Shown: positions 28,381 to 38,072, counted from the first letter of the stretch. The stretch is DNA of 64,000 nt from Chloroflexia bacterium (GCA_036386675.1 DASVVE010000016.1:122561-186560), one strand, 5' to 3'. A program made the numbers and translations. Notes: generated from the sequence alone by a model not told the origin.

Positions 28381-28441
28381 TTGCAACCAGCCTACAGGAC
28401 TCTGAGTTGTTTCTCAAGTCAGAGTCCTGTAGGCTGGTTGC
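28381..28441. terminator. 24-bp perfect inverted repeat hairpin downstream of the lipoprotein gene
   Basis: tgcaaccagcctacaggactctga-gttgtttctcaag-tcagagtcctgtaggctggttgca. Confidence 0.45.
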
Positions 28442-28526
28442 ACTGGGTGTCCGTCCCGAATTGTGGAGCAAAGCTAGACCGATACCACGTGGGGAGCGAG
28501 TAGGCTGTTACGTGCTAGAGATCCAA

Positions 28527-29651
28527 TTATTTATCTGCGCAACTCGCAGTTCCCCAGGATTCGAGTGATAGACTGGTTGGCGGGAACGACTCGTATGCAG
28601 CAACCCTCGTCCAAGCAAAGCCTGAGATATGATACCTTAGACCTTTACCCTGACCTGTCGCTCTGTCCCAGAGGGGTACAGGGACTATGAAACCACTCGT
28701 CTGTAAGAAGTCAAGGGTGCTCCTGGTCTCCGGACTTGTGCCGATGTTCTCGATTGTCTGTAGCCAGTCTCCTACAGATGCCCTATGGTCGTTGGCATCC
28801 TCTGAGTTGGCGTAATTTACGTTCTCGCCGGGCGTTGGTAAGGCAGAAGCTCTACCCGGACTGCCTGTGCCGGAACTGAATGCTAACCATCTGAAGCCCC
28901 GGGCACCCGCAGTATCTAGACTCACCTTGTTCTTGTCGTGGCGACTTTTCGATCCTTTGAAGCTGTCGGCGTGAACTGCCAGAGGATACACCTTACAGGG
29001 GGTGTTGGTCTCCCACTGTCTTGTTTGTAGGTTGTAAGCAATCATAGAGGTGGAACCGTCTTTCTGGGGAGCGATCAGAATAACGCGAGGCAAGTCTATG
29101 TATGCGATGTCCAGGGCGCCTTGCTTCTGTGGCGAGGTATACAGGATAACGTCACTTAGGTCCCGGCCTTCGAGTGTGGTCGTAAAAACCTGAACCGCAC
29201 CCTGTAGCGGATCATCACTTAGCACTCCGGCGTTCAGATACGCATATTCGTTACCCAACTTACCTCCCCAACAGGAAGTCACATGAAAAGTCCTGCTACC
29301 CCCTCCGCACGTTCCCAAACCGGGTTCAGGCGTGTCTTGCGGCTCAGGAGTGGCCGGAGGAGGTAGTGTCGGCATGGGTGCCTTGTTCTCAGCGACCCTG
29401 GTCTTCGCTGCGTCTCGCTTCGCTTGATCCATATCCAGGAAGGCTTGTTTTGTAGCCTCTACTTCCGCACGCGTCGGCGTATGAGTCTGGGAGGCGGCGA
29501 CTGTCTGATTCGGCACGCTGAGGGCATTGCCGGAGTCGTTCTGCGTGTCGTCGTTGTTACCGTTACATCCTGCGATGAGCAACAGGCTCACTAGTAGAGC
29601 AGGTCCCAGTACCCTTATGGCTGTGGTCCGTCTCTTGGTACTCACTTTCAC
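28527..29651 (-). CDS. Lipoprotein (lipobox LIAGC), unknown function
   Basis: N-terminus MKVSTKRRTTAIRVLGPALLVSLLLIAGCNG with a Pro/Thr-rich linker. 374 aa. Confidence 0.65.
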   Translation of the reverse strand: MKVSTKRRTTAIRVLGPALLVSLLLIAGCNGNNDDTQNDSGNALSVPNQTVAASQTHTPTRAEVEATKQAFLDMDQAKRDAAKTRVAENKAPMPTLPPPATPEPQDTPEPGLGTCGGGSRTFHVTSCWGGKLGNEYAYLNAGVLSDDPLQGAVQVFTTTLEGRDLSDVILYTSPQKQGALDIAYIDLPRVILIAPQKDGSTSMIAYNLQTRQWETNTPCKVYPLAVHADSFKGSKSRHDKNKVSLDTAGARGFRWLAFSSGTGSPGRASALPTPGENVNYANSEDANDHRASVGDWLQTIENIGTSPETRSTLDFLQTSGFIVPVPLWDRATGQGKGLRYHISGFAWTRVAAYESFPPTSLSLESWGTASCADK

Positions 29652-29740
29652 TTTGTTCCTCCTGACCCTGGCTTGCTACAAAAGTATGCCCAACCGTACA
29701 CAGTTGATCGCTGGAGTGGTACAAACCTGAGCATACAGGC

Positions 29741-32700
29741 TTATGGATAAATAATGTCGGTTACTCCATATTGCAAAATTGACTGAGGTTCAAGTAAAGG
29801 GTTAGGCACCTTCTGGGGTGCAGTAGGAGATCCAGTTAGGGGAGCATGAGGCGAGCTAAGCATATCTGTCAATGCTTGCCATGCTCGATGAGGTGGTAAG
29901 TAGGGACAGCCAGCACCTCCTGCCGCGCCGCTAGTGCAGGAGTAGGGTTGCCAATTACCCGTGCAGTCGGCCCCGTCCTGGGTCGTACATTTGTCATTAA
30001 ACCGCTCGTTGAAGCGTGCCGGTGTACTTGTCATACGTGCGGCACATGTGCTGTTTACGGCACAGCCTGACATGGCTCCTAAGAAACGCATATTGCTGCC
30101 CTGGTGAACCTTGGCATACCATTTGACGTTGTACCATTCCCACATGTAGGGTGTGAGGTATATTTGTGGCAGCGGCCAGGCATTAACCAAACCATATGAC
30201 ACATAGTACACACGATTCAGTGCCTCGCTTACTAGAGGACTTTGCGCCCATGTTGTCGGGCTCCCGCCTCGGGGGCAGCCCTCACAACTACCAAAGTTGA
30301 ACGCCGCCACATCTGGAATTGAGGTAAAGCCTTCTGCCCAGTACTTGGTCCCAGACTTCGCCGAGTCGTTGATCCTGTATCTACTCCATCGATCTGGATC
30401 GGCTGTCACGTTGTCAGCATTCACATTGGGGCAGGGACCTCGTTCACCTAGCACGGTATCCCTACAGTCCAGGTCAGTGGATGCATAGTACTCAAAGTCA
30501 TAACCACCTGCAAAGCTGACAGCACCACTCAAATATGGGTCTGACGCAGCTTCCTGACGCAGAGCACTTACCATTCCGGCCCACGCCGCTCCATGGCTGT
30601 AATTCAGATCCATATTATCCTGCCAGATATGTGGGCCATCAGCCAGGTACGCGGTATTGCTAACGCCTAGAACGATCGTCAGGTCAGCCACCGTGTTAGG
30701 AGCCTGGCAGCCCTGTCCAAGCGTATAGCCTAGGGCGAACTCTCGCGCTATAGCCTGGACTTCAGCCAACGAAACTAACGTACGAACAACTATGAGTCGT
30801 GCTCCATATTCGACACCTGGTGGGGAACTTACGCTTTGGATATATGGCCCTCCAAAATCCAGCACTACCAGACCTGTCTCGCCTCTTTGCCGCGCTTCAC
30901 ACCCCAAGAGCCGTGCATCGGCAGGATCGGCACTCTGTATGTAATAACTTGTGGTATGTTTTGGAGGTGTCGGTAAGGCAAAGCCCTGGGCTGAAGATAC
31001 CGCCCACTGACCTGTACCTGACTGTGCAGTAGCTACAATTTGATACATCCGGTATGCTGAATCTCCCGGCAGCGTAACTGTGTTCCATCCGCCTGTCAGC
31101 GTAACGGCAGATGTAATCGTTTGGGCGTCAGACATACCGCAGATACCCCATTGGTCGCAACTAACCTGATTTCCAGCTCTAATGTCAATTGTAGTAGCGT
31201 AGTTGCCTTCCTGGTATAGCCTGATAGTACCAACATTCGTAGGTGTTGTCAGGTCAACACGCCAGTTGTCACTTCGTGCCCCCCATATTGTAGCTTCGTT
31301 GCCATCCGTGGCGTTACCGGCCATGTATGCACAGCCACCGAAACATTCGGCACCATCCCAGGCGCGCTTGCCCAGGAACACGTCATCGGGAGGTGGAGGA
31401 GGCGGAGGAGTACCCATGATCCCTTGTATGGTGTGTACTCTCCAGCCGTCCTGTATCCCAATATGTGCTGTTGCTACAATGCTATACATACGGTACGCTG
31501 CATCTCCGGGCAGAGCAATCTCGTTCCACCCATTTACCACAGCCACATTGGCCTTTATTGTTCGCGGATCGCTCGTATCACAAATGCCCCAGCCGTCGCA
31601 CCCTACGACAGTGCCTGCGACTATGTCAACAGCCGTAGCATAGTTTCCGTCCTGGAAGAACGTTATCTTTACGATCGGCACTTGCTGCCCAACATCTACA
31701 CGCCAACTGTTGCTTCTGGCTCCCCAGTACGTGGTGCTGTTGTTGTCTACGGCATTTCCTGCCATGTTGGCACAGCCGCCAAAGCACTCGTTTCCGTCCC
31801 ACGCCGGCTTGCCTAGGAAGACGTCCTCCCCGGCCGCCGGGGTGGCCGGAGTGCTGGAAGGAGTAGCCGTGTTTGTTGATGTGGGTGTCGAGGTAGGTGT
31901 CGAAGTGGATGTAGATGTTGCTGTGAATGTTGGCGTGGGAGTAGCTCCAGGAACACCGTTACAGATGTAGGCATCCTGCACCTTGCTGCCCGTGTTATAG
32001 AGCGAACTGTCCATGTATAGAGGAGCGGACGGCGCGGTTACGGTGCTCGTGTACACAGCTACACCGTTGCGGTAGTAGCGCACTAGCCCCGAGCTACCCA
32101 CTCCAATAGCCAGCTCGTCACCTACGTCGTACAAGCTCACCGCTCCTTTAGTGGTACCGCTCTCTGCAACCGTCAAGCCACTGGTGCCCGGGTCTATATA
32201 GAAGGCGTAGTCCAGGTTCTGCCAGGTAACGTTGTTGGAGGGGTCATCGGAGAGGCCAAACATCAATATGTCCTGCGTCGAGGCCACCGTGGCGCGCACG
32301 TATCCTGTGCTGCCGGGCTGCAGGGCCGCACTAGATATGGCACCCGCGTTCCAGCCCGTACCTCCCGCCGTCTTCGCCAGGGTATTGCCTGTGGGGGTGG
32401 CATTCTGCCCGCCGGTCCACGTTACCGGCTGGCAGTTGCTCGTAGATATAGGTTCAGTGAGGCTGGCACCGCAAAGAGATGCATCCTGCACCTTGCTGCC
32501 CGAAGTGTAAAGGGAGCTATCTAGGAACAGTGGGTACTTGGGCGCTACCGTGCTGGTGTAGAGTAGCTCACCGTTCTTGTAGTAGCGGACGATCTGTGTA
32601 TCGTCCACGGCCACTCGCAACGTGTCCCCGGCATCGTACAGCCCATATCCTCCCCTGTTGGTCCCCTTCTCCACGATCTGTAATTTGCCCGCGTACGGGT

Positions 32701-34150
32701 CTATGTAGAAAGCATAATCGATGCTCTGCCACTGCACGTCAATATCGGAATTGGACAGGCCAAACATGAGGATGTCGCCGGACGAAGCCACTGTCATCTG
32801 AACATAGCCACGCCCTGACAGGATGCCCTTCCTGGAGGCACCTCCTGCGTTCCAGGCGCTGCCCCCGCTTACCTTTGTGATCGTATTCCCTGCGGCCGAG
32901 ACGTTGCGCTTACCCGTCCACGCCCCGTCCAGGCTGTCGCATGGCGACTGAGGCAAAGCCGGGTGCGCGCTCGCCCCACAAATCTGAGCATTCTGTACCT
33001 TACCACCCACATTCCAGATGGAGCTATCCATATAAAGGGGGTAAGTGGGTGCCGCTGTGCTGGTGTAGACGAGCTGGTTATTGAGATAGTATCGCACTAC
33101 CCCCGCTTGGTCTACCGCGATAGTTAGTTCATCTCCCGCATCATACATGCTCCACAAGGCTTTGGTGTTGCCCTTCTCCTGGACTGATAGCACGCCTACG
33201 CCCGGGTCTATATAGAAGGCGTAGTCCAGACTGGTCCAGTTTACGTCGCTGTCCTGGTGGGAGAGGCCAAACATGAGGGTATCGATGCCTGAAGCTATGG
33301 TGGCTCGCACGTACCCGCTGTTGCCGGACTGTATAGCCTGGCTGGAAGCAGCCCCGGCGTTCCAGCCGCTGCCCCCGGCCGTCTTCTGAACAGTGTTGCC
33401 GGTGGACATAGCGTTGCGGGTGTGGACCCACGTCACCGCCTCACAGGTGGAGGTAGGCAGCGGCGCGGGCGCACTGCCCCCGCAAATCTGCGCGTTCTGC
33501 ACCTTGCCGCCCGAGTTCCAGATGGAGCTATCCATGTACAAAGGAAAGGTCGGGGCTACCAGGCTGGTGTAAAGGAGGTTGCCATTGCGATAGTAGCGTA
33601 CTGAAGTACCCTCTACAGCTACTCGCAGTACATCTCCGGCCGCGTATGCGCCGTAGCTGGCGAGGCCAGCTCCACGCTCTATTATCGTGAGACCCCCCGA
33701 GACTGCCGGGTCTATGTAGAACGCGTAGTCAAGAGACTGCCAATGTGCATCTTTATCAATGCGAGACAGCCCGAACATGAGCGTATGGCTGGTTGAAGCC
33801 ACCGTCGCTTCAACATGCCCGCTGCTTCCCGATTGGATGCCTACACTGGAAGCGGCACCTGCATTCCAGGCGCTACCGCCCGCTGTTTTCTCAATCGTGT
33901 TGCCGGTAGCAACCACGTTCCGCTTGTGGACCCATGTTACTGCCTGGCAGTCTTCCGGTCCGCTCATGAGGGCTGCCGCCGACGCAACGTCAACACCTGG
34001 GAAGGGGGTGAGGGTGACCGACTGTAGTGAGAGGGATGAAAGGGTGAGAAACAGGATCACCATGAAGACGATGCGAAGATACCAATGGGAAGAGCGTGGG
34101 CGGAACATGATGTGGGGGCATCCCTTCGCGTGTGAACGCATGTAGAACAC
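29741..34150 (-). CDS. Giant secreted multidomain protein (1469 aa): 5x LamG/ConA-like repeats, 2x discoidin (F5/8 type C)-like domains, and a ~500-aa Cys-containing C-terminal domain
   Basis: Five ~150-aa repeats with TGNTxxKTAGGxxWNAGAxS...MFGLS...DYAFYIDP...GDxLxVAV...RYYxNGxLxYTS. PT/S-rich and poly-Pro linkers. AWDGxECFGGCAxMAGNAxDxNxxTxWGARS discoidin-like modules. The start is uncertain among three Met codons (34150, 34141, 34108). Confidence 0.7.
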   Translation of the reverse strand: MFYMRSHAKGCPHIMFRPRSSHWYLRIVFMVILFLTLSSLSLQSVTLTPFPGVDVASAAALMSGPEDCQAVTWVHKRNVVATGNTIEKTAGGSAWNAGAASSVGIQSGSSGHVEATVASTSHTLMFGLSRIDKDAHWQSLDYAFYIDPAVSGGLTIIERGAGLASYGAYAAGDVLRVAVEGTSVRYYRNGNLLYTSLVAPTFPLYMDSSIWNSGGKVQNAQICGGSAPAPLPTSTCEAVTWVHTRNAMSTGNTVQKTAGGSGWNAGAASSQAIQSGNSGYVRATIASGIDTLMFGLSHQDSDVNWTSLDYAFYIDPGVGVLSVQEKGNTKALWSMYDAGDELTIAVDQAGVVRYYLNNQLVYTSTAAPTYPLYMDSSIWNVGGKVQNAQICGASAHPALPQSPCDSLDGAWTGKRNVSAAGNTITKVSGGSAWNAGGASRKGILSGRGYVQMTVASSGDILMFGLSNSDIDVQWQSIDYAFYIDPYAGKLQIVEKGTNRGGYGLYDAGDTLRVAVDDTQIVRYYKNGELLYTSTVAPKYPLFLDSSLYTSGSKVQDASLCGASLTEPISTSNCQPVTWTGGQNATPTGNTLAKTAGGTGWNAGAISSAALQPGSTGYVRATVASTQDILMFGLSDDPSNNVTWQNLDYAFYIDPGTSGLTVAESGTTKGAVSLYDVGDELAIGVGSSGLVRYYRNGVAVYTSTVTAPSAPLYMDSSLYNTGSKVQDAYICNGVPGATPTPTFTATSTSTSTPTSTPTSTNTATPSSTPATPAAGEDVFLGKPAWDGNECFGGCANMAGNAVDNNSTTYWGARSNSWRVDVGQQVPIVKITFFQDGNYATAVDIVAGTVVGCDGWGICDTSDPRTIKANVAVVNGWNEIALPGDAAYRMYSIVATAHIGIQDGWRVHTIQGIMGTPPPPPPPDDVFLGKRAWDGAECFGGCAYMAGNATDGNEATIWGARSDNWRVDLTTPTNVGTIRLYQEGNYATTIDIRAGNQVSCDQWGICGMSDAQTITSAVTLTGGWNTVTLPGDSAYRMYQIVATAQSGTGQWAVSSAQGFALPTPPKHTTSYYIQSADPADARLLGCEARQRGETGLVVLDFGGPYIQSVSSPPGVEYGARLIVVRTLVSLAEVQAIAREFALGYTLGQGCQAPNTVADLTIVLGVSNTAYLADGPHIWQDNMDLNYSHGAAWAGMVSALRQEAASDPYLSGAVSFAGGYDFEYYASTDLDCRDTVLGERGPCPNVNADNVTADPDRWSRYRINDSAKSGTKYWAEGFTSIPDVAAFNFGSCEGCPRGGSPTTWAQSPLVSEALNRVYYVSYGLVNAWPLPQIYLTPYMWEWYNVKWYAKVHQGSNMRFLGAMSGCAVNSTCAARMTSTPARFNERFNDKCTTQDGADCTGNWQPYSCTSGAAGGAGCPYLPPHRAWQALTDMLSSPHAPLTGSPTAPQKVPNPLLEPQSILQYGVTDIIYP

Positions 34151-34865
34151 CTGTCTATAGAGGATACTGCCTCAAGACCAGGTGCTCGCCTTTATTAGGT
34201 TGTAACAGCTTGCAGTAGGAATAGAGTTCCTACCGGAGTCCAACAGAACAGCAAACGTAGGGCGTGACAACGACGATAAATCTCCTGACTATAGAGGTCA
34301 AGAGACTGAACGGCCTTGGTAAACACGTAAGGTCGCTGCACACGCTACACGGCGATACAGAGCGCGCCCGTGTGCAATCAACGCGAAGTGACGGTTTGCG
34401 GTTTTTGGTGAGCTTAGTTTACGAAAGTCGACCTTTACAAACAAGCTAATTGACTACGTAGTTTAGCGTAACTATGGTCTTAAGCACGTGGCGATGGAAA
34501 TGGAGAGCGACCAATTACGGAATGTAGTGAGAAATGGCGGATTGGCAGACATAGTAACATGAATTACAAGCCACAACCCCACTCCCTGGTAGGTCAGCCC
34601 ACTCTATCGGAGATAGGGTGCGCGCAACGTTATTGGTGTTAATCATGATTGCTAAGATACGGGCGTCACACCTAAATCCTCCATCCATATGTGTTGCACT
34701 TGACTGGTTACCAACCTGTGACTACACACATCATGACGCGGCTGCATGTTAGGCCCGACACAAAGAACATGTAGCGGTGAAGATCAGCATTGTTGTAATG
34801 GACCACCCGCCACGGGTATAGATGGAAAAGAAAGGACATATGCGATATGACTAAAGTCGATACTA

Positions 34866-35766
34866 AGAGCGCCTTTCAAAACCTGGCCCGTGACTTGCGG
34901 TGGTAGTGGGCACTATGAGCAAGCCACTAGTACCAGACGAACTATGGGAGATTGTAGAGCCACTGTTGCCAGCTGAGCCACCTAAGCCAAAGGGAGGTCG
35001 TCCTCGCGGGCCGGGCCGAGCAGCCCTTGCAGGGCTCATCTTCGTGCTGCGAAGGGGCCTACCCTGGGAGATGCTACCCCAAGAGATGGGCTGTGGGAGT
35101 GGAGTAACCTGCTGGCGCAGATTGCGTGAGTGGCAGAAGAAGGGAGTGTGGCGCAAGCTGCACAGGGCGTTGCTCAACCGCCTGGGAGAAGCAGACAAGA
35201 TAGATTGGTCACGCGCCAGCCTGGACTCAGATACTGTTCCAGCTAAGGGTGTAAAAAGGGGGACCCGAAAGCTACGGCTGTTGGGCCGAACCCCACAGAT
35301 AAGGGCAACACCCAGAGGGTGCCCGGCACGAAGCGCCATGTTGTGGTCGAGCGGCAAGGCATACCGCTGGCCGTGAAACTCACCGGTGCCAACACCCACG
35401 ACTCGAAGGTGTTCGAGGAGATGGTGGACAGCATAGAACCTATCAAACGTCCACTCGGCAAGCCTGGCCGACCTCGCAAGCGCCCGGACAAGTTGCACGC
35501 TGACAAGGCGTATGACATATCCAGGTGCCGCAAGGCTCTTGCGAAGAGGGGCATCAAGTGTCGCATAGCGCGTAAAGGAGTAGAGAGCAGCCAGAAGCTG
35601 GACAGGCACAGGTGGGTGGTTGAGCGCACCCTCTCCTGGCTCGACCGTAAACGTCGGCTCACCATCCGCTACGAGCGTCGTGACGATATTCACCTGGCGT
35701 TCCTGCATCTTGGTTGTGTCCTCATCTGCCTCAATCACCTGTTATGATGGTTTTGAAGGGCGCTCT
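34866..35766 (+). mobile_element. IS5-family (IS427-group-like) insertion sequence, ~900 bp, with 18-bp imperfect terminal IRs
   Basis: IRL agagcgcctttcaaaacc (34866-34883) matches IRR ggttttgaagggcgctct (35749-35766) with one mismatch. Encloses orfA/orfB. Confidence 0.85.
34900..35747 (+). CDS. IS5/IS427-type transposase orfAB, produced by a -1 programmed frameshift at A AAA AGG (35253-35259)
   Basis: orfA 34900-35376 (frame 1) and orfB 35319-35747 (frame 3). The -1 fusion reads ...GVKKGDPKATAVGPNPTDKGNTQRVPGTKRHVVVERQGIPLAVKLTGANTHDS, the typical IS5 DDE transposase context. Confidence 0.8.
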
Positions 35767-35892
35767 AAGCACATCGCACTTGGCCAGTTGCAGACTTTTG
35801 CTTCACCTCAGTTGCAAGGCTTGTCACACTATAGTTGCAAACTTTATGGGATCCGACAGTGCAGTAGGAGATCCTCGCCTATCGTCCATTGT

Positions 35893-36831
35893 CTACTTCA
35901 GTAGCGGGCTTTTGCCTCCCCAGTGCTTGGAGAAGTGGTCGTAGAATAGGAAGTTCTGGGCGTAGCCTGCATACTTGCCGAAGCGGTCGCGGAAGGCCCC
36001 GACCACGGCGTTGTAGGCGGAGGTGGTAATCGTCTTGCGGTCGGCCCAGTCGGGGAAGTAGAGGTCCTTGGCAAGCTGCCACACGTGGGTGTCTACCGGC
36101 ACCGCCTCGGGCTTGTCCAGCGAGAAGAGGCACACGCAGTCGGCTATCTTGGCCCCGATGCCGTTTAGAGCCACCAGTTCGCGGTGAGCTTGCTCGTATG
36201 GCATGTCGCGCAACGAGTAGGCCCAGCCCGGCCCCCGCTCTACTATTTGCCTGGCGACCTTAACGATGTTGGTTGCTCTGAAGCCCAGCGAAGATATGCG
36301 CGTCAGGTGGTTCACGTCGCAGTGGGCCAGGGTCTCCGCGTTGGGGAAGGAAAAGTAGCGCGTGCCGTCCAGTTCTGCTACCAGGTCTCCATACTCGCGG
36401 CTGAACACGCTGATGGAGTAGGCGATCCGGGGTACGCTGTTCGCGGTGGAGCAGACGAACGATAGGATACACTCCTCCGGCTCTTGCCGCGCCACCCGCA
36501 GGCCCGACCAACGCCGCGCCGCCTCACCCGCAGCCGGGTCTGCCGCCTCGATAAGCCGGACGATTTCTCCCATGTTTACACCAAGTTGGAAATAGTCGCG
36601 GATCAGCGCATCGTCGGAGGCCTGCGGATAAGTCCACCATGTGAAGCGCTCACCGTCCTGCCTTATGCCTACGACGGTGGCCCGCACCACGCCCGTCCAC
36701 CAGCCGTCCGCGTTGCGCTTCCAGCGGAAAGCTTGCCCGGAGGCCAGCGTGTCGTCAAGGGAGAACTGTAGAGGGTCGTAAGTGAACGAGTTAAGTTGCA
36801 ACTGGGGAGGGGTGTATGTGGTCATACGCAA
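35893..36831 (-). CDS. ogg: 8-oxoguanine DNA glycosylase / AP lyase (OGG1 family, HhH-GPD)
   Basis: OGG_N region followed by an HhH-GPD motif LVALNGIGAKIADCVCLF...PVDTHV. Confidence 0.75.
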   Translation of the reverse strand: MRMTTYTPPQLQLNSFTYDPLQFSLDDTLASGQAFRWKRNADGWWTGVVRATVVGIRQDGERFTWWTYPQASDDALIRDYFQLGVNMGEIVRLIEAADPAAGEAARRWSGLRVARQEPEECILSFVCSTANSVPRIAYSISVFSREYGDLVAELDGTRYFSFPNAETLAHCDVNHLTRISSLGFRATNIVKVARQIVERGPGWAYSLRDMPYEQAHRELVALNGIGAKIADCVCLFSLDKPEAVPVDTHVWQLAKDLYFPDWADRKTITTSAYNAVVGAFRDRFGKYAGYAQNFLFYDHFSKHWGGKSPLLK

Positions 36832-36884
36832 TTATAGTCCAATATCGTGGCGGAAGGGGAATAGGAGCAGTGTTGTACAGCGAT

Positions 36885-37022
36885 CCGCAAAGGCTCAAAG
36901 AGCGCAAAGATAACACGGAGAACAATAGAGTGTTCCAACGAGAGGAGCAGGGTACGTGCTGTCGTACCCTGCTCCTCATTGAACTCTCCGAACCTTAATT
37001 TACCCGGCCTGGTCCTTTGCGG
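36885..37022. repeat. Palindromic element with CGCAAAG repeats and a central hairpin gagcagggtacgtgctgtcgtaccctgctc
   Basis: ccgcaaaggctcaaagagcgcaaag ... gaggagcagggtacgtgctgtcgtaccctgctcctc ... cctttgcgg. Lies between ogg and tdk. Confidence 0.7.
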
Positions 37023-37039
37023 CTTAACGTTTCAGTTCC

Positions 37040-37780
37040 TTATGCGCTGGCGAGGTCCGAGGGTTTGCCACCGGAGACCACGCGGAGGTGGGAGGGCGGT
37101 TCTTCTGGGTTATTAGCAGCGTCTTCCAGGGGCACTTCTATGACGCCCTGGTCCGGGCGTGGTACCTCGTGGCAATGGCGGCAGCGCGCTTCGTAGTTTT
37201 CTTTGGCCCCGACCATGATTATTGGGTCGTCGTAGTTGGCTGGTCGTCCGTCGATGAGGCGCTGGGTGCGGCTGGCGGGTGCCCCACACGCCACGCAAAT
37301 CGCCTGCAGCTTGTCCACCATCTCGGCCTCGGCCATGAGCAGGGGCATAGGGCCGAACGGCTCTCCCCTGAAGTCGAGGTCAAGCCCCGCCGCGATTACC
37401 CTCACGCCGTTGTGGGTCAGCCGCTTGCACAGGTCAACCACACCCTCATCGAAGAACTGCGCCTCGTCAATGGCGACCACGGTGGTGTCAGGCTCTACCA
37501 GGCCCTCTAGCTCGGTGGAGCCACCTACGGGGACGGCTGTGTGCAGCACGCCGTTATGCGAGGCGACCTGCACGGCTGAATAGCGCGTGTCGATGCGAGG
37601 CTTGAAGACCTGCACCTTCTGCCGGGCAATCTGCGCCCTTTTGACTCGGCGGATCAACTCCTCCGTCTTACCGGAGAACATACTGCCGCAGACCACTTCC
37701 AGCCACCCGCCCGCGTAATGCTTGGGGTGTGGGCCGAGCGGCCCCTGGTCCTGCATGTAGCGTTGCACGTAATCTCCCAT
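37040..37780 (-). CDS. tdk: Thymidine kinase
   Basis: [15 protein letters not shown]-loop and a C-terminal Zn ribbon (CVACG...CRHCH). Start MGDYV, preceded by aaggtggg. Confidence 0.9.
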   Translation of the reverse strand: MGDYVQRYMQDQGPLGPHPKHYAGGWLEVVCGSMFSGKTEELIRRVKRAQIARQKVQVFKPRIDTRYSAVQVASHNGVLHTAVPVGGSTELEGLVEPDTTVVAIDEAQFFDEGVVDLCKRLTHNGVRVIAAGLDLDFRGEPFGPMPLLMAEAEMVDKLQAICVACGAPASRTQRLIDGRPANYDDPIIMVGAKENYEARCRHCHEVPRPDQGVIEVPLEDAANNPEEPPSHLRVVSGGKPSDLASA

Positions 37781-37891
37781 CTTCCCACCTTTCAACCGGG
37801 ATAACCGCAATCATACGGTGGAAAAGGTGGCACGCTCTCTGTTTGCGCATCGATGCGAGGTATTGTTTTGCACAAGCTGAGCCAGGTTAGG

Positions 37892-38013
37892 AAGGACGAT
37901 AGAGGAGTGGTTAGTGGTTAGTGGTTAGTGGTTAGTTATTATCCGACCATCCTAATCTTTGCGCGTCCTTTGCGCTCTTTGCCTCTTTGCGTTTTCGTCT
38001 CCTACCATCGTCC
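37892..38013. repeat. Modular tandem-repeat element (copy E5), inverted orientation of the E1 family
   Basis: The reverse complement contains gacgatgg...acgaaaacgcaaagaggcaaagagcgcaaaggacgcgcaaag (near-identical to the E1 segment) followed by (actaacc)x4. Confidence 0.8.
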
Positions 38014-38072
38014 ATTAAAGCAAAAGAGACCAGAGCGCGAGGCCCGGTCTCTTCTCTGCTAACCCAATCGAG

